From positions 6,882,001-6,946,000 of the forward strand of contig NC_092680.1 in the NCBI RefSeq assembly GCF_964355755.1: a stretch of DNA of 64,000 bases. The letters run 5' to 3'. A program made the position numbers and the translations under genes. The notes under the pieces were generated by a model. That model saw only the letters and a list, made by a program, of their open reading frames with translations. It was not told the DNA's origin and searched no databases. This DNA comes from Antedon mediterranea. Lineage: Eukaryota > Animalia > Echinodermata. Below, piece by piece: positions 14,568-26,820 of this stretch; position 1 is the first letter of the stretch, and every line of letters starts with the position of its first letter.

Positions 14568-14571
<4 letters not shown>
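14406..14571 (+). mobile_element. Penelope-like element pLTR fragment inserted in (TA)n
   Basis: Absent from the duplicate unit; contains a minimal hammerhead followed by AATAAA, the layout typical of PLE pseudo-LTRs. Confidence 0.7.
14452..14494 (+). ncRNA. Minimal type I hammerhead ribozyme
   Basis: ttttcac-CTGATGA-t-gggc-tat-gccc-GAA-ACATGT-C-gttaaaa: intact core, 4-bp stem II, palindromic stem III, GUC cleavage triplet, stem I with one mismatch. Confidence 0.8.
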
Positions 14572-14658
<87 letters not shown>

Positions 14659-16096
14659 ACAATGTTAAGTCAAAGTGCAACTTGTCACTGAGGTGTTTAT
14701 TTGATCATTTTATGAAAGTCGGATGTGTTCTGATAAAAAAAATTTTTTTTTTTTCATTTTCAAAAACAAAATGAATAGGCCACTAGGTGGTACCGTACCG
14801 TACTCAATACAAAAACAAGGGAATCACATTTTAACATTTATGAAGGAGGTGGATAATTAATTATTTAAAATATACAGTATGCCTAATAGCATACGAAAAT
14901 CGTAATTGTGAATAAGTCTGAATAATATGTAAATTAATTTCATTTAACATTTTTAGTTGATTTGCCTATACTATAATATTTCTGATATAACAATATCACT
15001 TCTTTGTGATTTTCCTCTAACACTATTGACATTAAATGTCAAATAGTTCCGCTTTATGTTTTTCTAACACACAGCTGACTGGGTTGAAATCCACCTTTAA
15101 GTCATCTACGATTACTGTTTGTGTGCAGAATGTAACTTTAAAAACATCATCAACTGTTCTGTGGCTCTCGGCAAGTTTAGTGTGTAGCCTATAGTCAATT
15201 TCTTATTAATCCTCTTGACGTACTCTTTGATTTATCTTTTGCATATATGTTTGTTTTCCTACTCTGTGCAATCTTTCGAACTGGGCTTTACAAAAAAAAA
15301 TATTTTTTCTAAAGATATTGCTTTACCGTCAAAGCATGATAACTGTTTTGCGTTTATTGTTGTTAATATCCCCTCATCTATATTACAAGATTTCATATAT
15401 TTTTTTTGGATTTGATCAATTATATTTCAAGTTTTATCATTTTAATAGATTGTATAGTAGATCAAATGCCACTGTTATGCCATCAAAACATATCTTACTG
15501 TTTTGTTTTGTACTGAACCATTTTTGTGAATACAGTCAAACAATTCCCCATATCCTTTTAATAGATAATACACAAACAACAGTCATAAAATCACAAGCTT
15601 CGATGTAGATAGTATCCCCACAGAGAGAAAAACGGTTTTTGATAAAGCAATTTCTAGGGTAATCTCTATTAATGTAACGTAGGAATTTTGATATAACGTG
15701 ACACCAAAACCCAGATAAATACGTTAGCGCACGCAGTTCATCTAGTTGACTTATCCATGTGAATATATTTTAAATAAATGCAGTTATCAATATGATACGA
15801 TGTTTTGTTGTCAAAACTACAGAATGCTTCACAAGTTTTAAAGCTTCGTGATATAGAATTACTAAAAAAACTGAACTATGTTAAGCTACCAATTTTCACT
15901 GAATCAAATTCTGTGTAATATTTCTCACTGTGTTTAAAAAACATACAGTTATGTCGATCAATAAAATACATGTTCAATAAAAATAAGTGTTGTACGTTAC
16001 ATAATTTATTTCGAAATGATTGTTCGTATTTTTTTAGTGTTTTCGAATAATTTTAAACTTTGTTGAATTTGAATGAACATTGTTTGTTGAATATTT

Positions 16097-16767
16097 GTTT
16101 CTGATTCCAATACAAATACTTAGGTACTATATTTGACAACAAATTAAAATGGAGTCAAACTCTCTCATGATTTCCAAGAAGGCATCTCAAAGGCTCTACT
16201 TTCTCAGAAAACTCAAGCAAATTAGAGTTGATAACACTATTTTAATTCTATTTTATCAAAGTATTATTCAAAGTATTTTATCTTTTAGCATTGGATGTTT
16301 TTATGGTAACTTTACTGAAAATGATAAGAAAAATATTGAGAGACCACGTAAAATTGCACAACGTATTATTAAAGCTAATCTAACGCCTTGTTCATTTATC
16401 TATGAAAAGAGTATTTAAAAAAAAGTAAACAATATTATGAAAGATCCCACTCATCCGTTACATTACTGTTATAACTTAAAGATCAGGTATTAGGCTACGA
16501 CCTCCAAGAGCAAATCTTTGTAGAAAATCCTTCGTTGTAAATAGCATTCATATTTTTATTTCTAATGTAAAGACGTTAATGCAAGTTTTAAATAGTTTTA
16601 CATTTTTAAACAGTATTTTTAACTTTTTATCTTGTATTTTTAATCTGTTATAATACTGCACGTTTTAAATGGTTGCAATATTGTTGTTTTAATCTACCAA
16701 GCAAAGTGAATTTCCATTTTTATGGACAAATAAAAATTTCTTGAATCTTGAATCTCTTGAATCTTGA
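16097..16767 (+). mobile_element. Rex1/Babar-type LINE 3' fragment
   Basis: YKYLGTIFDNKLKW / KKASQRLYFLRKLKQ...LILFYQSIIQSILSF...KIAQRII...IMKDPTHPLH (DUF1891-like region); frameshift and stop present; AATAAA plus (TCTTGAA)n tail. Confidence 0.88.
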
Positions 16768-18479
16768 TTTTCATACTCATTTCCTGTATAAGCTAAATGT
16801 CTTAATTTTAAGTTTAATTGTGAATCTTGTATTGATATTTTATATTCAATGTCCCTGTTTGTACTCTTTCGATTTACTCTTATTCATGTTATTTTCTCGT
16901 GTTAATGTTTGTACAAAATGTTGTATGCTTTCGTTGTTTATCCAATAATTCTTTAGATTTTAATCTTTTCAATTTAAATGTATTTAGGGCTAAATGAAAT
17001 TATAATTTGTTTTTATATATTTTATATTAAACCTGTCATTGGTGTTTTGTTGGTTAGAAATAAAGAATAATAAAGAACCTTCTTGACTGTATACAGTTAA
17101 GTTAAATTGGACTATTGTTCTCATAACTCTCAGGCCTATTCTTACTTATAACTTCTGTAATAGAAATAAAAATATTAATAAAAGGAGACACAAGCATCTT
17201 TAAATAAGGTAGCTTTTGTAAAAACAAAAACGAGAAAGTGGTGATGATTAATTAACGTTAGAATCACCAATCGCCGTTGTTTTGTATACTTTCCATCTTC
17301 TACCGTCAAATTCCAGAATGTTCAAAATCATTCAAGTGACTTTTCATAGTTTGTTTGTGTGTGGTGTTTTGTTTATGTAAAAAAAAACAAAACAAAACAA
17401 AACTGACGCATTATTCCAAAGGCTTATGAACAATTAAGGTTGGTTCAAATCATTTTCGTACCGATCAAGCAAATCATGACCATGAAGCTGCCATCGTGAT
17501 CGCATTCTATAGCTCCTAATCCTCAGAGCAATTTATAACATGATTGATGAAAGGCGAATAAGCTTTAGCTACAGCGTCGAAGTTGAAGGATGTCCAACTT
17601 AAATTTGAAAATAATGTGAAAGATAAAATATGATGCAGAGAATACTGCCTAATTGTAAACGGTATGCGTAATGGCTAAAGCCGAAGTACAGTTACAATTT
17701 AAGAATAATCTATGGAGGGGATTAATGACTAAATTCAGAACATGGTAACGACAAAATTGGTCCGGACAAATAGTGACCCAGTTGAACAGTTCTGATTGTC
17801 ATTAGGCTATAGACTTTCCAATACAAAGTTAAAACATCTTTGTATAAGCTATACCCGCGTCACACTTTGTAGGTCATAAACTGAATTTGACCTTAACTAA
17901 CAGTTTCTCGAAAATCAAATAGTCAATTGTAATCTAAAATTTGAAAAAAGGCCGATCTATACGTTTCAAAATTGAATCAAAATTACGTTAAATAAATTGA
18001 GCTACTGCGTTTCAAACTATGCTATGAAAACTACGATGATATTTGTTTTTAATCCCTTTTGAAATCAGTCTTCTTCAAAATTTTGTGTATACGTTTTATT
18101 TTCCAGAAAGAATAACAGTTGTCAGTAGAAACTGTAAATACTTAATTCGAAAAGCAGTTTAACAGCTTTCACTTATTAAAATTGTTATTACAGATATTTA
18201 TATTCATTATAATATACATAAAACTATACTAAATCTGTCAAAACATAAGGAGAACACTTTTTTCCTAATTTGATTTTGGCTTTAGTTCTCATGTGGAATA
18301 AAAATTGAATTTTAATAATTTTAATTTGTCTTTTTTTTGTTAAATCTACTAAATTTGTATTATGTTATTTGGCCTACTTCCTTTACTGGTGTCATCATAT
18401 ATTTTGAAATTATCCTCTCGTGACATATTATTTTAAGCATCCTTTTGTGGAAATATTCATTGTACATTTGTACAAAGAA

Positions 18480-18727
18480 ACAGTTGCGGCATCTCCAGAA
18501 GGTAAAAAATGGACGTCTCAGAATCAATCAAAGAGAGAGATAGAGAGAAATGAGAACTGAAATCTTGCAAACAAATGTACATTCCAAGGAAAAGACATAG
18601 CTGTGGGGATCGGACTTCCGGTATTGGACCAATGGGCTCTGGAACAATCTGCCTTTACACATTAGAAAGTTTGAAGTAACTTCTAAAAAAATCAAGACCA
18701 TCATCTTGCTGTGACCCTCATTGTACA
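18480..18727 (+). mobile_element. Degenerate L2/CR1 LINE ORF2 3' fragment
   Basis: YIPRKRHSCGDRT.. then LWNNLPLHIRK in a shifted frame. Confidence 0.6.
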
Positions 18728-18730
18728 TTA

Positions 18731-19042
18731 AGCCATGTTTACACTATCAAACTTTGTGACAAAAAATGTGATGTGCCCATATATGGACATGATGATGCCA
18801 TATCACTACCATATTTGGGCATATCACTACCATATTTGGGCACAGCAAACTTGTTTTGTCAAACTAGACAGAGGTTGCAAAACCTCCGTATTACCTACAG
18901 AATAAAAACTTTTGATGGTAAGAGGTACAGTTAATGTGAACTTGACTGACTGAAAGTGGCTGTATTTAGGCTGATCAGGTTAAACAAGGCCCACACAATG
19001 AATTAACTGATTTACAATCAGTTTGATAGTGTATACAGAGCT
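18731..19042. mobile_element. MITE family A copy carrying a ~150-bp foreign insert
   Basis: TTA TSD on both sides; family TIRs and internal catatcactaccatatttggg repeats; extra sequence 18868-19019 between aaactag and tttgatagtg. Confidence 0.85.
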
Positions 19043-19412
19043 TTAGACATCCTCCTGTGGTAGCTTTATCATACATGTTGGCATCTTCTTGCAAGTAACG
19101 TCATTGCCGTTGCCACCGCTTGATTGGAAATCATGAGTAGCTGTGAGACATGAATTTAGTATCAGAATTACCAATGTTGTAGCGTTACTACATATTTCTT
19201 GTATTAAGGTCACGAACCGTATTCACTTTATACACAGGCATATTACAAACTCATCAATCAACATGGTTTAACACTTGTTTTATAGAACATTTAGGTTTTA
19301 ACAACATGTGTGAATACGAATGCAATCGGTGTCATTACATACTACTAATTTATTCAAAACAACAATTGAATTTAACGGGCCAAAGCTGCATAAATAATAT
19401 TGGCATGGCTAT

Positions 19413-19775
19413 GAGTGAGTGAGTGGCCGAGCGGTTAAAGTGAGTGAGTGGCCGAGCGGTTAAGACAGTGGAACCGTAATTACGTAGCCATAACATCGGC
19501 AGGGGTTCGAGTCTCACTCACTCCATGGTTCTGGTTGTAGAACGAGTCTTCTCGGATAAGGACTTTAAATCGTAGGTCCAGTACACATCTATAGGCTCGT
19601 GTGCACTTTAAAGAACCTAGTACATCTTTCAAGACGAGTAGGGGGTTACCCCGGTGTATTAGTACATCATAGCCACTGATCACCAACTGGGCCCTCTGGG
19701 AGACCAGTCTTTGACTGAAGAGGTTACCCAGTATAAATATATATTTCAATAAATCAATCAATTCAATCAATCAAT
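19413..19775 (+). mobile_element. tRNA-derived SINE with Deu/Nin-like central domain
   Basis: A box TGGCCGAGCGG (duplicated 25-bp head), B box GGTTCGAGTC; tcggataaggactttaaatcgtaggtcc...ttaaagaacc...gagtagggggttaccccggtgt resembles the DeuSINE/AmnSINE core; (TCAA)n tail. Confidence 0.85.
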
Positions 19776-20309
19776 GGGACAGTGTAATTCGATAGATGTT
19801 CATTTTGTTTTTAATCTTATTGTAAATTGTTATACTCTATGATATTATATACTATAATGTACGATATTATAATGATTTTAGCAATTGATAAGAAAGCCCC
19901 AAAAAGCGTTGGTTGACTAATAACTGTCAAGTTTGTCGTTAATATTTCATCCGGCGCCTCGGTGGTATTATGCACACATCCATGTCATTAGAAACACAAG
20001 CTTGTCATTTAAATAATTAATATTTTATATCAATAATGTTTCCGTGAGATGACAAGTAGACAGAGCCGCAAGCCTAATCACCGACCTTTATTTTCTTGAG
20101 ATTAGCTAGGCCTTAGGTTCTACAATAGTAATCTGGTCAGTGTGGGATGTGATGGCCGGCGTGACATAACAATCACATTCGTAATAAACATACAGCTTTT
20201 ATTGACCGTACCTAGATTTTACATTAAAATATTCACATTTCATAGTTGGTTTAGATTTTTGTTTTCATTTTCAACAGAAAACATCATCTGATGATTTCTT
20301 ACTCTCTGT

Positions 20310-20534
20310 TACACGCATAGCTACTAAAACCTTGGTCATAGATCGTTTTCTTTTGCAGCACCCACACTCTGGAATTCACTCCCCGCACAAATTAAACACT
20401 TCTCTTCTGTTGCCTTATTTACAAAATTGCTCAAAACTTATTTTTTCGACCACTTACATCCATAGCGCCATTGATTTTGTACCTCGGTCTTTGAATTGAC
20501 GCTTTATAAATTTTGATATAAAATAAATAAAAAA
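20310..20534 (+). mobile_element. L2 LINE 3' end
   Basis: GHRSFSFAAPTLWNSLPAQIKHFSSVALFTKLLKTYFF, then agcgc...cgctttataaat stem-loop and A-rich tail. Confidence 0.8.
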
Positions 20535-20840
20535 CGTTAAATCATATCTATTCATAACTTATGCAATACAACGAAAACCTTACTAAGAGAACACCTTCGG
20601 GACCCAACGAAGTGTCCCCTCAATAGAATTGTTCCCTGAATAGGGTCTTCCTATAGGAGGGGTTCTTATATTTTATTAACTTATTTTTACTGTAGTAATA
20701 TTGGTGTTACTAATATAGCACAATCAACTTCTTCTTCTGATTTTTACGTTTACGCATTGTGTATTAGAAACCGTTTTCTTGCATTCTGTCGGATTATACA
20801 GTTAGTTTCACATTTTGACGCGACAAAAAGTTGTGTTGTA

Positions 20841-21038
20841 CCACTTTGACATGGGTTGTAGCACTTTGACATGGGTTGTAGCACTTTGACATGGGTTGTA
20901 GCACTTTGACATGGGTTGTAGCACTTTGACATGGGTTGTAGCACTTTGACATGGGTTGTAGCATTTTGACATGGGTTGTAGCACTTTGACATGGGTTGTA
21001 GCACTTTGACATGGGTTGTAGCACTTTGACATGGGTTG
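20841..21038. repeat. 20-bp minisatellite (GCACTTTGACATGGGTTGTA) x10
   Basis: Ten almost identical copies with no spacers. Confidence 0.97.
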
Positions 21039-21556
21039 GTTAGTCGGTGGTCTAACTCAAGGTGACTAACCGTTCAAGTTTATTGGATCATACATGTTGG
21101 TCAACATGATCCGCGGTTTTAGTGTGGATTTAATTGACTTATGATGATTACAAAAGGGAAAGTGTACCTTCAATAGGGAGTGTCTCCTGAATAGTGTGTG
21201 TCCCAAACGAAATGTTTAAACTGTATCAATTTGGTATAGATATCCTAGCATTTCCAAGTTCAACAACTTCTTCTTTACATCGATTAAAGATCAACACAGT
21301 ATAGGAGCATTAGGTTAATGACAAGGTTGATAATGGTAATTATCTCAAATGATATTTTCAGTATCGATTATCAGATAACAATTTTCAAATTAATTTAGTC
21401 TAAATAAATTAATTTGAACGTCAAGGATGGATATGTTTTGATAAATAATAGTTCTTTCATTTTGATCGATCTAAATTTCAAATGAAAGCACATTCATATT
21501 GATTTTAACCTTAAAGCAACCAGGTATCAATTACTGCAAATATATTTTGTATCTAA

Positions 21557-21716
21557 AGCTCTGTCTACACATCAAACTTTATGTAACAAAAAATATGATG
21601 TGCCCATATATGGACATGATGATGCCATATCACTACCATATTTGGGCATATCACTACCATATTTGGGAACATCACACTTTTTTTTGTCCAACTAGTTTGA
21701 TAATGTAGACAGAGCT
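21557..21716. mobile_element. MITE family A copy
   Basis: agctctgtctacac...tgtagacagagct; flanks TAA/TGA. Confidence 0.85.
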
Positions 21717-24700
21717 TGAGTTAATACAGAAAGCATTTATCCTGTAAGCTTCTTTCGATTTGTTTCTTTTTATCTTTCTTTCCTTCCATCTTTATTACCC
21801 CACCCCTTCCAAAAATTAGAAAATTATAATATTACTGTAGACTAACCCCTTGAAGTACTAGTATTAACTCACAATATGTTAAAACTTAATAATATTTTGA
21901 TTTGTGGTGTGAACTTTGTGAACTGATATGGCAAAAGAAGTCTTTTTACTATAAAAGAATTATCCATCAGGACTTTAACAATAATTCGTTTCATTCATAC
22001 TGATGCCTTTACCACCAAGGCGGATAATAAGTGAGTTATGAGATCATTATAAATATATTATTTTTTCTTTTGATGATTCCCTTTTCTTGAAAATGGACAA
22101 AGATGAACCGCGACATTATTGTCAAAACGATCAATTATATATAATCATCTCAAATTAACAATTGGAACAACGTCTTCGCGACCTTTACAATCTGAATCCT
22201 GTTTGCAAAGTTTTCCACCTGCGTTTCATGCATACCTTCTGGCATTTTTCTAACTTCCTCAAATCGTTGTGATTATTATCATATTAAACAAATTCACTTC
22301 TCCCTAACAATTCGTTAATGGGGATCGTAATGTGCATGATATCTACCTGAAGTATAACAATTGTCTTTTTCCAAACCCGGTGCAATAAATTAATTTTAGA
22401 ATGAAAACCGTAGAACGAAGATTATACTGTTCTTCTACATTCTAAACTGTATACTTTTTTACTTTTATTACTCTTTTAGAAATACCGGATTTTTTTAGTT
22501 AAGAAAGCAAGACAGTTTTTCTAACTTGTGTATTATGTCTTCTTAATTTTTTTATTGCCAAAGTTTATTTGTTATTATTTTCTAAGATCTAATCACAGCA
22601 CTCACTTGCAATGTGAAATTATTTCATAATAATGCCACAACTGAACTGAGAAAAATTAGCCAGGAATCGTCTTCACAAAAGTGACACAAGATACAGAAAT
22701 TTTAACTAAGAAAACGATGATATACAAAACTAGTATGTCTACTGTTGTCATATTCAAATTTGTTTACAACATTATGACATCGGAATAATATGGAAATGAT
22801 GACCATCAAAGACAACCTGTATACAGAGGGCGCTCATTAAAAAAATCACATTTTTGCAAACAATGTGACATATTTTCAAACTGACTAATAAAAAAAAAAC
22901 AGTTCTTACCGAAATATAACGTCATCTCTTTTCAATTTCTGTCTTAGGTAAAAAGGAATTATGAAATTGCTTCCTTGGTATATATCCTACCAAGAAACTA
23001 CCACATTTGTAACAACTGTAGCAATAGGCATTTGTTCTTTTTTTTACTTTAAATGTTCATATCTTACCTAAAAGAATTCTAGAACAAAAATTAACAAACC
23101 CACATAAAGTTTGTTTTTAAATCATCTCTGTTTTATTTTGTTAAAACACGGTATCACTATCAGGAGCAAAACAAAGTTATTAGTATGAAGAGCACGTTTG
23201 CTCTATAATTCTTACACATATTTATTCGTAGAGATTGAACCTCTTTAATATCTTAATAGTAAGAAGGCCTACTTTTTTCAAATCTAACAAAAATAAAAAC
23301 TTTTTGCTTGTTTATAAGCAGCGTTGATTCCTATAAAGTAACAAGGCCTACTACAGATTCAGCATTGAGAGAGGTACTGCACTCTATAAACAAAATTTCA
23401 TTATAGCGCCACCATACGGATTATACAGAAACTTCAGCACAGTCTTTAAAATGGGTAACACGAAGCTGGTAGTATGGAGGTAGACACCGAGTGTGCTTAC
23501 GCAAGGAGGCCTAGAATACGTGCTTATGATAATTTGGATTCCAGATTATGCCATTTTAAGTGAATATACATATATACAAACAAAGAAAAGAAGCAGCAAA
23601 AGTAAGTTATTTTGTTTATTGTCTTAGGCTCCCGAGAGGGATCAGTACTACTACTATGGCTACTAACCCGACTAAACTAGTAGTAGGTAAGTGCTACATG
23701 GCATCAGGACCATACATTTATCACACATGGTATAGGTATAGATAGGCTATATATAAGCATAGGGCGCGTTTATACAACACCCTATTACAGGCATATTTAA
23801 CATGCCTACGAGAAGTGTGTTGTATAACATCGAAGAGATTATGTGTATGACTGTGTAATGAGATTTTAATTGCAAAAAACGCTACTTGGCTGAATCCTAA
23901 AATTTTGTGGATTCCCGGTTGCTGTTGGCGTGTTGGAAGGGTCTTCAGGGTATTGTTTTGACCTCTCGTTAAATAAAAGTATATGCTGTGAATGAAAATG
24001 TTGACCAAATCTAGTAGATAATTGTGCTTTTTTTTGTTGCATATTTCAACCTTTTGCAAGTTTTTTGTGGGGTTGACCTCGGCCCGTGCAACACTCTAAA
24101 AATTAAAGACGTGTTCAAATTTGGGTGTTGTATAAACACAGCCATAGATTTTTTCCACATAATGAGTGTGAAAGGGTCTTACTCAAAAGCATGGAGGTGT
24201 TATGCGCATTTTGAAGGCTGTGCAACAATTTGAATCAAAATAATTAATTCGAATTGCCCAGGAAATTTCAAATCGTTCAAAGTATTTTCAGTATTTAATT
24301 ATATATTATAACCAAAAAAGAACTAAAAAAGTATAAAACCATTTTGACTATTATGTTTTAATAAGAGAGATAAATTATTGAACGGCATGGATGAGTGTTG
24401 TTATGAAGAGCTATATTGTTGCCGTAGAAGACAAAGAAGACAAGTACCAATGAGTGAATACATGGCTTCCGTTTTTTATGCCTACTACGTTTCGTATTAT
24501 TTTGTGTTCAAATTGCACAACGTATGTAATGATTTTTTTTTTGTAATGGATAATTGTATTATCGTCAGTCAGGAGTGAAATGAATTGGGTATATGTATAT
24601 AACTTGTTCTCTGTTTGTTGTAGATTTTATCCCTGTCTTAGACGAAAGATATGCAATCTACATATTACAACTGTTGTGTACAAATTTAGTAGACCTAAGC

Positions 24701-25195
24701 TCCTCTTTTTACCAACGTAATCACCCTCGGCTAGCTATACAGCGATTAAAAGCTCCTATCAGTGGATGCTGACTTGTTAAAAATAGAGGCTACAGGTTAT
24801 CTGAGCCTAGTTTTTAGCTTCATGCTTTATATTTTTAAATCTGAACTAAATAACCTTAAGTTATTTTCTTATTCTCTGTATTGTTGCTTTTCAAATATGG
24901 TACCTTTTTCTTTCTTTTTTTTATATACACTGTACATATTTTTAATGTTTCTTGATGTTATTTTGTTGTTTTTTAGGGTTTTTTTTTACCGCACCACAAA
25001 TGGTTTTTGTGATTTTTGCCACAGTTCTGAAGGTCCAAATTAATTAAATTATATATTAGATACTTGTATGCATCATAATTTAAACATTGGAATGCTTTCT
25101 TTACATAATCATACAGTATTTATTGTGCTATTTACAACAATTAAATAATTAAACTAGACACATGTGATGCTAATTAGAAGTAGTTTAATTATCTT

Positions 25196-26481
25196 CAGGG
25201 CCGTAGCCAGGATCTGTCAAGGGGGGATTCGGACACTAAGTATTTGGGTCACTGTCCCTGTGTGGTCTGAGGCGAATTTTGTTAAATGACACCCCTTGAT
25301 GGCCGGAAATGATACTCTCGCACATAACATTCATGATAAATGGCACCTCTAATTGGCCGGAAAAAACACTCTCATGCAGCATGCTACCATTGAACAAAAC
25401 GATCGTTCTTTTTTCCTCCTCCTCCTCACACACACGTGGACTATTTGTTTGCCGTATGTTAGATGCGCGTGCTTTGTGTGCGCAACCACCGCCGATTGTT
25501 TGATCATTCACTCGGTATTTTGTTTTGCGTTCAAGTTACAAGCCCCCCAAAAAAAGCACAATTTGGGTGAGAAGGCAAATTCAATGCTTATTATAGCCAG
25601 GGGCGGACCCAGGGGTGTACCCAGGGGTGTTTCCCTTGTGGCCCGGGCAACAGCCTTAATTTCATACTAAATGTTGTTTCTGCCACTAAATTGAAATTGA
25701 GTTCCATTTCATCGTATACAATGTCCGGAACTTGATAGGCTTAGTAATAAAGTAGGTACAGAGTTGCAGGGCATTTTATCATTGTTGAATGTTTTGATAT
25801 TAGCCTAATTGTTAAATCGACCTTCACAACCAAAATATTTCTTTGTAATAAAATTTATTTGAAATGGAACGCTACAAAAATAATCCTCTGCTTTAACAGA
25901 GCATGCGTACCTAATAACCAGACAAGAACGTATCTTTATTACATTTTACTATCAATCTATTTTCATGTCACGCAATCCATTTTTCAACAATATAGTAGTA
26001 TAATAATAACATTTTGATTGAATAGTGAGGGATTAGACAGTTTGACTTTGAATAAACCATTGGTAATTTACTGAAAATCCAAAATGAACTTTTGTTATAA
26101 TACAAAATAAATTTTTCAAAGATTCAATTCAAAGAAACGCTCCACTACACATGAGAAATAGATGTCGGTCGATAAACTTCTGACGACGACTAAAACGACG
26201 ACAATCAGCTAAATGTTAGTAATTTTATTTCATCTCTGGCTTGTTACATTTTTCATGACACATTACCGGACTTCCCCCTCGAGTGTGGTTTAAAACAACA
26301 CTTTTTTTAAGTTTATAGTGGATAAATAAAAATGAATTTTTGGAAATTGTGGTTTTAACATCTGACTTTATTTAGCATTTTTAAATGAATTAAAATTCCA
26401 AATTATACAATTTAACCTTTTGCTCAATATATTTATTATTATTCGCCCGAACCATAAAAAACCCCCCTGGCTACGGGCCTG
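25196..26481. mobile_element. Non-autonomous hAT-like element with apparent 5-bp TSD
   Basis: TIR CAGGGCCGTAGCCAGG / CCTGGCTACGGGCCTG (15/16); ATCTT directly on both sides. Confidence 0.75.
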
Positions 26482-26679
26482 ATCTTGGATCAGTTTATGA
26501 TATTGACCTTTTCAATTGCTTATCAGCTTAGTATCTAAACCATCAGTAATCACTAGCCATCATTACTGTATATATTTTAAATTGTTGTTTTTTTAGTCAT
26601 TTATCTATGAAAGTACAGAAAAACCTACTATTAATTTTGTGGTTGCTATAACTTATACTAAAATTGTATATTTGAAAAA

Positions 26680-26820
26680 TAAGAAGGTTCCGGGTTTGAG
26701 TCTCGGTGGGGGCGACTTTTTCTCATTCTCACAGATTTCCTCATCTTTATCGTTTCAAATTAATTAATTAAATTTCAGTATATCACCGGGTGGTTTAGAA
26801 TTAATGTTCTATGCCTGATC
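26680..26820 (+). repeat. Interspersed repeat, probably SINE-like
   Basis: B-box-like GGTTTGAGTC; caaattaattaattaaatttcagtatatcaccgg..gaattaatgttc recurs at ~36277-36340. Confidence 0.6.

Larger units (their letters stand above)
13832..14785. repeat. Recent 366-bp tandem duplication containing (TA)n; copy 2 interrupted by an insert
   Basis: Near-identical units start at 13832 and 14198 (ctatgtagtgtacaagt...gaataggcca); copy 2 has ~165 bp of extra sequence inside its TA tract. Confidence 0.92.

Noticed and set aside
13856-14774. ORFs containing IYIYIY runs
   Set aside because: They are translations of (TA)n within a tandem duplication.
16149-16418. 89-aa ORF as a host gene
   Set aside because: It is a Rex1/Babar ORF2 remnant with a frameshift and premature stop.
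19413-19525. tRNA gene
   Set aside because: A and B boxes are present, but the sequence continues into a SINE body and tail and I see no clean cloverleaf.
20750-21038. CRISPR-like array and the three repetitive ORFs on the minus strand
   Set aside because: Units are contiguous with no unique spacers and no cas genes; the ORFs arise from a stop-free 20-bp minisatellite.
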